Assembly (NCBI GenBank): GCA_009914755.4
Contig: CP068257.2
Span: forward strand, 41,536,001-41,600,000
Direction: 5' to 3'
Origin: the human T2T-CHM13v2.0 reference genome, Homo sapiens
Length of the DNA: 64,000 nt
The position numbers were made by a program, and so were the translations under genes. Below the pieces are notes generated by a model. It ran no database searches and had not been told where the DNA came from. It saw nothing but the letters and a program-made list of their open reading frames with translations. Below are positions 27,900-39,845 of the stretch, piece by piece (position 1 is the stretch's first letter; every line of letters begins with the position of its first letter).

Positions 27900-28750
27900 A
27901 CCCGCCGTCTGCTGGTGCTGTCTCCATCAGGGGCGCGAGGGGCAGGAGGGCGGCGCCGGGAGGGAGGACAGCGGGGTCTCCTGCTCGCGTTGGACCCGGT
28001 GGCCTCGGAACGATGGGGTCGCCTGCGTCCCTTCCTTCTCCTGAGCTCAAGCGCCTCCCTCCACACTGGGCTGGAAGGAGAGGTTTTGGGGGCAGAGCCT
28101 CTGATGGGAAAGGGACTGGGGAGCACTTCCGAGAGCTGGGGGCGGGGAGGGACCTGGAAGGGGCTGCAGGGAATGGAGGGAGGCCGGGCTCCTTTCTCTG
28201 TCCGCGCCGGCACCGGGGCGGGACGCCAGCCCTGGCCTCCTTCTGCGGGGCCGTCCGGTTCTCTCGGGGTCTGCTGGGTCGTCCTGTTCTCTCGGGGGTC
28301 CTGCTGCCTTCGGGGCTGGGCTTTAAGGGCACTCGTGCTTTTGAGGAGGTGGAACTCGGCAGCTTCCCCTGGGCAACCCATCATGGCCCCGAGCTGGAGG
28401 CGGAAGCTCGCTCTGTCCCCTCCCGGGACCAGACACTGGGCGGCCATGCCAGACCCCGCCACGGGGAGGGAGACTCGGCCTGGGGGGCCCTGGCTGCCTG
28501 CTGCGCTCACCGAGGGGCATCCGGGGGGCCAGAGGGCACCCAAGGGGAAGCAGACGCCACGGCGGGTGGGCCCTGCCAGCGCCCTCAGCCAAGTAAAGCG
28601 CCCTCGACCCCGGAGGCCGAAGGCACCGGGACCCTGAGGCACTGGGACCCCCATGGCACCAGCAGGACGACCACAGGGGCGCAGCCTCCACCCGGGAGAA
28701 CACAGACACTGACACCAACGGGTTTTCAAAAAGTCAGCAACAGGCATTAG
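27900..28750. promoter_or_regulatory. CpG-rich, GC-rich block immediately 3' of CRYAA, between the poly(A) site and the 4-kb minisatellite
   Basis: GGGGCGCGAGGGGCAGGAGGGCGGCGCCGGGAGGG, CTGCTCGCGTTGGACCCGGTGGCCTCGGAACGATGGGGTCGCCTGCGTCC, TCCGCGCCGGCACCGGGGCGGGACGCCAGCC and similar; many CpGs in unique sequence. Confidence 0.45.
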
Positions 28751-28794
28751 CGTGGGCGGCCATAGTGACGCCCAGTGACATCACGTGCCACGGA

Positions 28795-31700
28795 CACTGA
28801 ACAGCACACACACCACACACACCACACACTCCACACACACCGCACACTCCACACACACCACACACACCACACACTCCACACACTCCACACACTCCACACA
28901 CTCCACACTCCACACACTCCACACACACCACACACTCCACACACACCACACACTCCACACACACCACACACTCCACACTCCACACACTCCACACTCCACA
29001 CACTCCACACACACCACACACTCCACACACTCCACACACACCACACACTCCACACACTCCACACACTCCACACACACCACACACACCACACACTCCACAC
29101 ACTCCACACACTCCACACTCCACACACTCCACACACACCACACACTCCACACACTCCACACACACCACACACTCCACACTCCACACACTCCACACACCAC
29201 ACACTCCACACCCACCACACACTCCACACACACCACACACTCCACACACTCCACACACACCACACACACCACACACTCCACACACTCCACACACTCCACA
29301 CACACCACACACTCCACACTCCACACACTCCACACACACCACACACTCCACACACACCACACACTCCACACCCACCACACACACCACACACTCCACACAC
29401 TCCACACACTCCACACACACCACACACTCCACACACAACGCACACTCCACACACTCCACACACACCACACACACCACACACTCCACACACTCCACACACA
29501 CCGCACACTCCACACACTCCACACACACCGCACACTCCACACACACCACACACTCCACACACACCACACACTCCACACTCCACACACACCACACACTCCA
29601 CACACCACACACTCCACACACTCCACACACACCACACTCCACACACTCCACACACTCCACACACTCCACACACACCACACACTCCACACACAACGCACAC
29701 TCCACACACTCCACACACTCCACACACACCACACACTCCACACGCTCCACACACACCGCACACTCCACACACCGCACACTCCACACACTCCACACACACC
29801 GCACACACCACACACTCCACACACACCGCACACTCCACACCACACACTCCACACACTCCACACACACTCCACACACACCGCACACACCGCACACTCCACA
29901 CACACCACACACTCCACACACACCACACACACCACACACTCCACACACACCACACACACCACACACTCCACACACTCCACACACACCACACACTCCACAC
30001 ACCCCACACCACACACTCCACACACTCCACACACACCGCACACTCCACACACACCACACACTCCACACTCCACACACACCACACACTCCACACACTCCAC
30101 ACACCACACACTCCACACACTCCACACACACCACACACTCCACACACTCCACACACACCACACACTCCACACACAACGCACACTCCACACACTCCACACA
30201 CAACGCACACTCCACACACTCCACACACTCCACACACACCACACACTCCACACACTCCACACACACCGCACACTCCACACACCGCACACTCCACACCACA
30301 CACTCCACACACTCCACACACACTCCACACACACCGCACACTCCACACACTCCACACACACCGCACACACCGCACACTCCACACTCCACACACACCACAC
30401 ACTCCACACACACCACACACACCACACACTCCACACACACCACACACTCCACACACCCCACACCACACACTCCACACACTCCACACACACCACACACTCC
30501 ACACACCACACACTCCACACGCTCCACACACTCCACACACTCCACACACACCACACACCACACACTCCACACACACCACACACTCCACACACTCCACACA
30601 CACCGCACACTCCACACACTCCACACACACCACACACTCCACACACACCACACACTCCACACACATCACACACACCACACTCCACACACTCCACACACAC
30701 ACCACACTCCACACACTCCACACACTCCACACACACCACACACACCACACACTCCACACACACCACACACTCCACACACACCACACACACCACACACACC
30801 ACACTCCACACACACCACACACTCCACACACTCCACACACACCACACACACCACACACACCACACACTCCACACACACCACACTCCACACACAGCACACA
30901 CACCACACACTCCACACACACCACACACACCACACGCTCCCCACGCACCACACGCTCCACACGCACCACACGCTCCACACGCACCACACGCTCCACACGC
31001 TCCACACGCTCCACACGCTCCACACACACACCACACACCACACACTCCATACACACCACACACTCCACACACTCCACACACTCCACACACACCACACACT
31101 CCACACACACCACACACTCCACACTCCACACACACCACACACTCCACACACACCACACACTCCACACACTCCACACACCACACACTCCACACACACCACA
31201 CCACACACTCCACACACTCCACACCACACACTCCACACACTCCACACACTCCACACACACCACACACTCCACACACACCACACACTCCACACACACCACA
31301 CACACCACACTCCACACACACCACACACACCACACACTCCACACACTCCACACACTCCACACACTCCACACACACCACACACTCCACACACACCACACAC
31401 ACCACACGCTCCACACACACCACACGCTCCACACACACCACACGCTCCACACGCTCCACACACACCACACACTCCACACACTCCACACACTCCACACGCT
31501 CCACACTCCACACACTCCACACACACACCACACACCACACACTCCATACACACCACACACTCCACACACACCACACACTCCACACACACCACACACTCCA
31601 CACACTCCACACACACCACACACTCCACACACACCACACCCTCCACACACCCCACACCACACACTCCAAACACTCCACACACCACACACTCCACACACAC

Positions 31701-32905
31701 CACACACTCCACACACACACCACACACCCACCACACACTCCACACACTCCACACACTCCACACACACCACACACTCCACACACACACCACACACCCCACA
31801 CCACACACTCCACACACACCACACACCCCACACCACACACTCCACACACTCCACACACCACACACTCCACACACACACCACACACTCCACACACACACCA
31901 CACGCAGCACAGACACCACACACTCCACACACACCACACACTCCACACACACACCACACACACCACACACACCACAGAGTCCACACACTCCACACACCAC
32001 ACACTCCACACACTCCACACAACCACACACCATACACTCCACACAATCCACATACCACACACTCCACACGCACACCACACACTACACACTCCACACAATC
32101 CACACACACCACACACTCCACACACACACCACACACCACACACTCCACACACACCACACAATCCACACACACACCACACACTCCACACACACACCACATA
32201 CTCCACACACACCACACACTCCACACACCACACACACTCCACACACCATAGACTCCACACAGTCCACAACTCCACACACACCAATCACACACTCCACACA
32301 CACCACACATCACACACTCCACACACACCGCATACTCCACACACACACCACACACCCCACACCACACACTCCACACACTCCACACACACCACACACTCCA
32401 CACACACACCACACACCCCACACCACACACTCCACACACTCCACACACCACACACTCCACACACACTACACTCCACACACACACACCACACCACACACTC
32501 CACACACACACCACACACCCCACACAACCACACACCACACACTACACACAATCGACACACACCACACACTACACACACACCACATACTCCACACACACCA
32601 CACACCCCACACCACACACTCCACACACACCACACACTCCACACACACACCACACACTCCACACACTCCACACACACCACACACTCCACACACACCACAC
32701 CACACACTCCACACAACACACACCACATACCACACACTCCACACACACCACACACACTCCACACACCACACACTCCACACACACCACACACTCCACACAC
32801 ACACAACACACTCCACACACCACACACTCCACACACACACACCACACACTCCACACACAACACACTCCACACACACCACAGACACACACACACCCCTCAA
32901 CACAC
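28795..32905. repeat. Large minisatellite, about 4.1 kb, basic 9-bp unit CCACACACT with A-variant CCACACACA and 7-bp CCACACT. + strand is C+A(+T) only; complement is (AGTGTGTGG)n
   Basis: Uninterrupted ...CCACACACTCCACACACACCACACACTCCACACACTCCACACTCCACACACTCC... for about 450 units. Subfamilies with G variants (CACGCTCCACACG at about 30950-31020, 31400-31500) mark a higher-order structure. No stop codons in several frames of either strand. Confidence 0.95.
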
Positions 32906-35900
32906 CATGCCCTTTGTCTCTCTTTGTATTCCTCTGGCCAGGCCGTGGTGTGACGGGTTCTGAGTCCTGGGAGTGGCTCCCCTAGACTCCCCCCCTCCTC
33001 CTCCCTCCAGCAGGACCTGCCCGGCTGTTGTGCCATCGAGTCCCCATTTGTACAGAAGGGGGTGCCCTGTGGTTGGCAACAACATGACCCACTGTGCTTT
33101 GGGGCTGCGGCTGGATGTTTTTGAAAATCGGGGTGTCTGGGGCTCCCTGCTCCTCCTGGGTCTGTCCCGGACCAGCTGAGCGGACACCTTTGCTCTGCAC
33201 AGCCTGGCAGCCATTGCAGGGAGGCGGGCCCACCCCAACATCTGGTAGCTCCGGGTCCCGTCCCACCGGCTGCACAGTGAATGGAGCTGTCACTCACGCC
33301 TGCAGCCTTGCTTGACTGCGGGTCCTGCCTGGACCTTGTTAGGGGCTGGAAGGTGACTCCCTGAAAATTATATGGGGTCCTACCCCCAAAGGCTCAGAAT
33401 GGGACTGTGTTTGGCGGTGGGGGCTTTGATTAAATTGAAGTGATGTCACTGGGGTGGGCCCTGGCCCAGTCTGGCCGGTGTCCTTGTAAGAAGAGGAGAT
33501 GAGGACACAGACCTACAGAGGGACAACCCCGTGAGGGCACAGGGAGGAGACACTGTCTGCAAGCCAAGGAGAGACGCCCCAGAGGAACCGGCCCTGCTGC
33601 CCCTTGACCTTGGACTCCCGGCCTCCAGGACCCGGCAGAAACGATGTCTGCCATTGGAGCCGCAGCTGTGGCGTTGCAGCTGCGGGAACCGACGCATTCA
33701 GGCCCAAAGACATAGCCTTTGGCTAGGCCTTGGCAGGGTCTGCAAGGCCCGTGGGTGGTTCACCAGATCCTCGATCAGGCTCCTTGGAGAGTCGCACGGA
33801 GCACCAGGGCCAGCCCAGGCAGAACTTCCCCTGGCTGGTGGGCTGTCTGATCTCCTCTGCTCCCCCAGTTGGGTCTTCCAGCAGCACAGGCTCAGCAAGG
33901 ACTTGGAGGGGGTGGGGGGAGGGGCTCTCATCTCATCTGGCCTCCAAGACATGCAGCGTGACACCTCCCATCTCCCCTCCTGGGGCCTCCTGATGCCATC
34001 CTTCCTCGGCTCTCCAATCACACCCCACCCGGGCGGTTCTTAAACTCAGGGGCCTGGGGCTGCTTCACCTCTGGCCTGGGGTAGGCTAGATACGCCTGAG
34101 AGATTGTCCATACAGGGCTCAGAGCCTGGCTCCATCCCAGGCTGGCCACAGCCCCTATCTCCTCTCCTCCCACCTTGGGGCCTATTCTGGAACAGCCTGC
34201 CTTGCAAGGGCCGCCCAGGTGATTTCAGTGATTTCACTGTCACCATGGCTACTGTGAGGCCAAGGTCACACGGACTCCCCACAGGCACCAAGCTGACGGT
34301 CATCTGACAGCAGCCTCATCACCACCTTGTCCAGATGAGACAGAGGCTCAGCAGGGACTTGTGCAAGGCCCCAGCCAGCCAATGGCAAGGCCTGGAGACC
34401 TAGGCTCCCACCCTGAAGTCATCTCAACGGGCCCAGCCTCAGGAGCTGCCTGTGCTGGGGCCTGGGGCTGCTTTGCACCCAAGACCCCTTCAGAGTCACA
34501 GGTGAGTGGCCAGATTCCACCCCCACCATGCCCGCCCCGCCAGGGCAGGAGGCCACGTGGATGTGAGCTTTAATGCAGGGCGCAGCTCTGGCCATGGTGC
34601 CCAGCCACTTTCCTGGAGTCTGAGCAGCTGCCAAGGCTCTCTGGTGGCTGCTCCTACCCACATGGCTCCCATGGGCTGCTGTTGGAGAGCTTCTGAAGCC
34701 GGGAGGATGCCTGCTCCCCTTGCCTCCTTTCCAAGCTCGCCTCTGCCCACCCACTGCTAGGCCTGGGACTCACACCAGCCTTCTCCGTGGGTGCTGCTGC
34801 CAGCTTTCTGCCCTCTGGGCCTCCCTCTCCCTCGCCTGGCCTTCAGAGGGCCGAGGCTCTGATCACCTCTCCCCCGCTTCCCATTGTGTGGCCTGGCGTC
34901 TGAGGCCCCTGTGGTCTGACTGCCCCACTGCTCCCTGGTATGCATTCAGGTTGAATTCAGAGAGCTCTGCGTGCCAGTGTCCAGCCCCATTCACCAGGGC
35001 ACACGGCCATCGTGGAAAGATGGGATTGGCCAGTACTTCCCAAGCCTGCCAGGCCGGGAGAACCACCTGCAGTGCATTGCAAATACAGACTCCTGGGCCC
35101 CGCTCACACCCACTTAGAGTCTGGAGGGGCAGAGTCCAGGGAGCTGGGCTTTTGGTGCCTCCAGGTGAGCCCTATGATCAGGTGCAAGTGGGAGATGCTG
35201 CGGGACAGCGGCGCCTCCTCAGGTTGGGGCAGCGGGGGAGAGAAGTCTCACTGGAAGCTGCCTTTCCAGTCTTGGGGCTCAGCTTCTCGATCTCCAGGGA
35301 GGCTCTCCCTCATCCCACTGCTGGGGACGCTGGACTCTGGAGTGAAAATGACCCACGCTCTCCTCTGCTCCCGTTTTCACCTTGGGCATCATTGTCATCA
35401 TCATTATGAGCAGCAGCCGGAAAAGCATTAATGGAGCACCTGCTGTATGCCAGGCCTTGCGCCTGCTGCGCTTGTAACGGCAATTCTCATGCAGCCTGCA
35501 CAGCAGCCTGTAGCCTGTTTCTATTGTTAGCTGAGGACACCCAGGCTTAGAAATGGAGTCACCTGCCTGGTGTCCCCAGCTGGTGAGGGCTTGGGCCAGG
35601 TGCACCCTGTCTGTTTGACCCCAAAGCCAGGGCTCAGCACCGCTGGGCAGATGATTACTGCAATGTCACACATAATGTGAAAATTGGGAGGCGCTGAGGA
35701 AGCCTGAGGCACTGGTCCCTTTCTTCTGGTGACATGCTGGGTGACTTTGGACAGATCTATCAACCCCTCTGAGTATTCGATGTCCGTCTTTGCCAGTCGG
35801 CTGAAGCTGGGAGACCGAGTGCCTGCGGGGAGCCTCCAGCCCCCAGTTCCTTTCAATCATCACCAGCGTGCCTCACACTTACCACCAGGTGGCAGCAGAG

Positions 35901-36877
35901 GACTTGCCTGGCCGCCGAGACCTTGGCCGCAGGAGACTTGCCGAACCTCAGCCTTAAAGGTCACCTTCACTCTTCAAGACAGTGGGAAGCGGCCGCAGCA
36001 AACATCCGCAGAGGGCCTGGCTCCGGGAGCCTCTGGACTGCGTGCTGCCAAGCTGTGGGAGACCCACCCTGACCCCCGGGGAGCTAGTGTCCAGCAGGGG
36101 AGACTGAGATGGGAAGACACAAAAGCCGTGCTGGAAGCCAGCGGTGTTTCTTTACCATGAGCAGTTTTGGGGTTTCATTTGCTTGTGTGTAAAATCACTT
36201 GAAAAAGGAGGCGTCACTGTCTGGAAGGCCAGGGCTGTGCTGGGGTCCCTGGGGGCTCTGGCGGGGTTTCCTCCGCGCAGAATGACGTCACTCCCCGGCT
36301 TCCGGCCCAGGTCAGCTCTTCCTAGGAAGCCTCTTGTGAAGAGCAGCCCCCGTCCCGCCCACATCCGCAGAGGCCTGTGAGTGGGGCAGGGCGGTAAGTG
36401 TCCCTGGCAGGCAGCCTCAGCTGACGCGGTGTTGGGGTCACAGGGTCAGAGGTCCTGCCAGCCAAGGCTGCATGTGGCTGTCTGAGAAGGGGCTGAGACA
36501 GAGATGCAGGCACAGGTGCCAGACAGTGCCAGCTTGGAAGGAGGAGGCATCAGGAGAGCCGAGGGGTTGAGGGACAAGGAGCTGCTTGCTGGGGGCAGGG
36601 CGGCCTTCTCTCTACAGGGCAGGCACCTGCCTCCCGCTCTGCCCTTGGCCTCCAGGATGGGAGCTGGGAAAGGAGTCTCCCTTCAGGGGAGGGACCCTTG
36701 GCAGGGGCTAGTGAAGGCTCCGTCAGCGTTAGCTCCCAGGCTGCTGGGGAGGCCAGAAGGCCCTGCTCTGTGGGATTTCCTCTGAGACCCTGGGCTAAGG
36801 ACTGAGTTTGCAGGGGCAGGAAATGTGGGCGGGCTCCAAACCTGCTGTGCAGGCTGCTGCCATTAGAACAGAACAGA

Positions 36878-37215
36878 AGGAAAGATACACATGCATCCAT
36901 GCACACACACACACAGTGTGCCCATATGCACAGAACACACATGCACATAGAAGCACAATGTTTGCACAGTGTGCACCCATGCACAACACACCATGCACAC
37001 TCGTGCACAACACACAAAACACATGCTCACACACCTCACACATGTGCGCACAAATGCACAACACAAACACACATGCAACATACAAACACATGTACACACA
37101 TCACACAATACATGTGGACACACACGGACACACAGAAGCACATAACACCTACGCGTGCACAAATGCCCACATGCACACCTACACAAACATACACTCACAC
37201 AGCCCACAGGAAGAC
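36878..37215. repeat. CA-rich low-complexity / degenerate (CACACATG/CACACA)n block
   Basis: ATGCACACACACACACAGTGTGCCCATATGCACAGAACACACATGCACATAGAAGCACAATG...CACACATGTGCGCACAAATGCACAACACAAACACACATGCAACATACAAACACATGTACACACATCACACAATAC. Confidence 0.85.
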
Positions 37216-38689
37216 GCACACACCACTATCATGGCCATGGCCAAGCTCTGGGCTGTTACTTCATTGCGCGGCTGCCCTCTGTGTCTGATTTGTACTTGAC
37301 CGTGAGAGACCCCTTTCCACCCTCCAGCTTAGGGGAGCCCCCTCCTGTGTGCTGCTCAGCAGCCTCTTTGACATCTAGCTGCCTGGGCCCTGGCATTCCT
37401 CGTGCCACCTGCAGAGACGTCAGAGACGGCACGAGGGAGGAGCGGGTATGAGGGAGGGGCCGTGTGGCAGCTCAAGGACGCCCCAGGGACACCGGGAAGG
37501 AGGGGCAGTGAAGAGAGGGGGTGGCTCATTATTCTGCAGAGCTGTCTGCCCCGGGAGCCTGTGAGCGCTGTGCCTTTACCTTGGCCAGGAGTGAGAGAAA
37601 TCAATTTCCAAAGCATCCTGGCTGGAAAATCTTGCTTTCCAGAGCAGTGTGGGTCTCCGAGCAGGGCTCCCGAAGGCCCTGACGCAGAATTGCAGATGGC
37701 TGGCTGTTGAGGGGACAGGGCGCCCCCTGGGGAAGACACGTCAGACCTAGAGGACTGGGGTGGGAAGGCAGGACACGCCAAATCCCATCTGCCGTTCGCA
37801 GGAACACTGAGACCCCACGATGACCCTGGCAGTGGCTCTCTGATGGTGATAAAAGGCAGCGGCTGCCCTTGGAGGAGCTGGTGGCTGACTTATTTCTGAC
37901 AGCCGGTAATGGCCAAGTGCTGGGCCTTTGATTGTACGGGGCTGGGCTGCACTCCACACAGGAGCTGGCTCAGGGGTCCTGCTGGCAGCTGCAGTGCTCT
38001 TACCTGCTCGGTGATGAGAAACCCAATTAAGTAAGTGGCCTGCAGCCATGTGGCCTGTGCCAGGAGCCAAGCGGGGAGCCCCGGCTCTCCCCCTGAGCCC
38101 CCTTGCTCACTCTTCCTGCCTGCCCCTGCCTGTGGCTGTCGGAAAGGGTGTTTCTGCAATGAACCAGCTGGAATCCAGCAGTGCTGTGGGGAATTTCCCA
38201 CGGCTGCTGTGACAAACGACCACAAGCTGGTTGGCTTAAAACAACAGAAATTCACTCTGAGGCACGAAGTCCGAAATCAAGGTATCTGCAGGGCCGTGTT
38301 CCCTCTGGAGGCTCTGGGGTGAATCTTCCTTACCTCCTCCAGCATTCCCGGTTGCTGGAAGCCTCTGAGCTCCAGTCTCTGCCTCCGCCTTCCCCTCCCG
38401 TCTGTGTCCTTTCCCCTTAAAGGACATCAGCCATTGGGTTTAGGGTCTGCTCTCATCCAGGACGATCTCACCTTGATGCTTCACTGAATTACATCTGCAA
38501 AGATTCTGTTTCCAAATAAGGTCACATGCCCAGGTTCTGGGGTTTGGAACTTAGACACATGTTTTGGGGGACACTGTTCCACCCATGACAAGTATGGATG
38601 ACGTCCCTGAGATCCTGTGTCCTTGCATTTGGGGACGCTTCACATACGCCATTGTACACGTTCCTCTCAGGAACCTCTGAGGTTGGCGG

Positions 38690-39845
38690 GACTGTTTTTG
38701 ATATTCATTGCGTATGTGTGTCCCCGTGGGTGTGTATGTGTGAGAATGTGTGAGTGTGGGTGTCCCTGTGAGTGGGGGTGAGTGTGAGTGTGTGCGTATG
38801 AGGGTCCACATACATATGTGAGTGTGTCCCTGTGAGTGAGTCCCCTGTGAATGGGTGTAAGTGAGCATGTGTGTGTGAGTCCCTGTGCATGGGTATGAGC
38901 ATGTGTGTGTCCCTGTGTGAATGAATGTGTGTGAGTCCCTGTGTGTAACAGCATGTGTGTGTGTGTCCCTGTGTGTGAGTGAATGTGTATGTGTGCATGT
39001 GTGAGTGTGTTACGAGTATGGGTGTCCCTGTGAACGTGTGTGAGTGGGTATGAGTGTGAATGTCCCTGAGTGGTTGTGTGTGTGTGTGTCTGTCCCTGTG
39101 TATGTGTGTAAGTGTGTCTGTCCCTGTATGTGAGTGTGGGTATCCTTGTGAGAGTGTGTGATTGGTGTGAGTGTGGGTGTCCTCATTAGTGGTTTGTGTG
39201 TGTGTCCATCCCTGTGTATGTGTGTGTAAGTGCGGCTGTCCCTGTGTGTGTGTGTGTGGGTGTCCTCATGAGTGGTTGTGTGTGTGTGTGTGGGGGGGGT
39301 CTCTGGGTTTGTGTATGGGTGTGTGTGAGTGGGTGTGTGTGTGTCCTTGTGAGTGGTTGTGAGTGCGGGTGTCCCTGTGAGTGGTTTTGTGTGTGGGTGT
39401 GTGTATGACTCTGTGAGGGGGTTATGTGTGTGTGTGGGAGTGTGGCTGTCCCTGTGAGTGTGTGAGTGTGGGTGTCCCTGTGAGTGATTGTGTGTAGATG
39501 TGTGTGTATGAGTGTGGTGTCCCTGTGAGTGATTGTGTGTAGGTGTGTGTGTGAGTGTGGGTGTCCCTGTGAGTGATTATGTGTAGGTGTGTGTGTGTAT
39601 GAGTGTGGGTGTCCCTGTGTGTGTAGGTGTATGTGTGTATGAGTGTGGTGTCCCTGTGAGTGGCTGTGTGTGTGAGTGTGTTTGTATGAGTGTGGGTGTC
39701 CCTGTGAGTGGCTGTGTGTGTGAGTGTGTGTGTATGAGTGTGGGTGTCCCTGTGAGTGATTGTGTGTAGGTGTGTGTGTGTATGAGTGTGGTGTCCCTGT
39801 GAGTGGCTGTGTGTAGATGTGTGTGTGTGTGTCCCTGTGAGTGGG
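38690..39845. repeat. G+T-rich minisatellite, about 1.15 kb, unit about 38-42 bp (TGTGTGTGAGTGTGGGTGTCCCTGTGAGTGRTTGTGTGTAGG); opposite strand polarity to the CA arrays
   Basis: Recurring GGGTGTCCCTGTGAGTG core roughly every 38-45 bp. Examples: GTGTGAGTGTGGGTGTCCCTGTGAGTGATTGTGTGTAGATGTGTGTGTATGAGTGTGGTGTCCCTGTGAGTGATTGTGTGTAGGTGTGTGTGTGAGTGTGGGTGTCCCTGTGAGTGATTATGTGTAGG. Confidence 0.9.

Noticed and set aside
26740-28750. Minus ORFs 26740..27489 (249 aa) and 27593..28747 (384 aa), and plus ORFs 27852..28637 (261 aa) and 28013..28750 (245 aa)
   Set aside because: They are antisense to CRYAA exon 3 or lie in the CpG/GC-rich 3' flank. The translations are R/P/G/A-rich low complexity typical of GC-rich non-coding DNA. 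I recognise no protein family.
28795-32905. Idea that the (CCACACACT)n array is a tandem PRDM9 hotspot-motif (CCNCCNTNNCCNC) array
   Set aside because: Manual alignment of CCACACACTCCAC to the 13-mer fails at the required C at position 5 (CCACA...). The motif is not satisfied in register, so I drop the claim. A formal PWM scan would be needed to revisit it.
28734-32963. Six overlapping very long ORFs on both strands (28747..32538 minus, 1263 aa; 28785..32963 plus, 1392 aa; 28775..32251 plus, 1158 aa; 28781..32284 minus, 1167 aa; 28734..30662 minus, 642 aa; 30666..32078 minus, 470 aa)
   Set aside because: They lie entirely within the (CCACACACT)n minisatellite. Translations are pure low-complexity (HTPHTPHT..., CGVCGVCGV..., VWSVWSV...). 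Several frames on both strands are simultaneously open, which is impossible for genuine coding sequence. There is no start or splice context. They are artefacts of a stop-free repeat.
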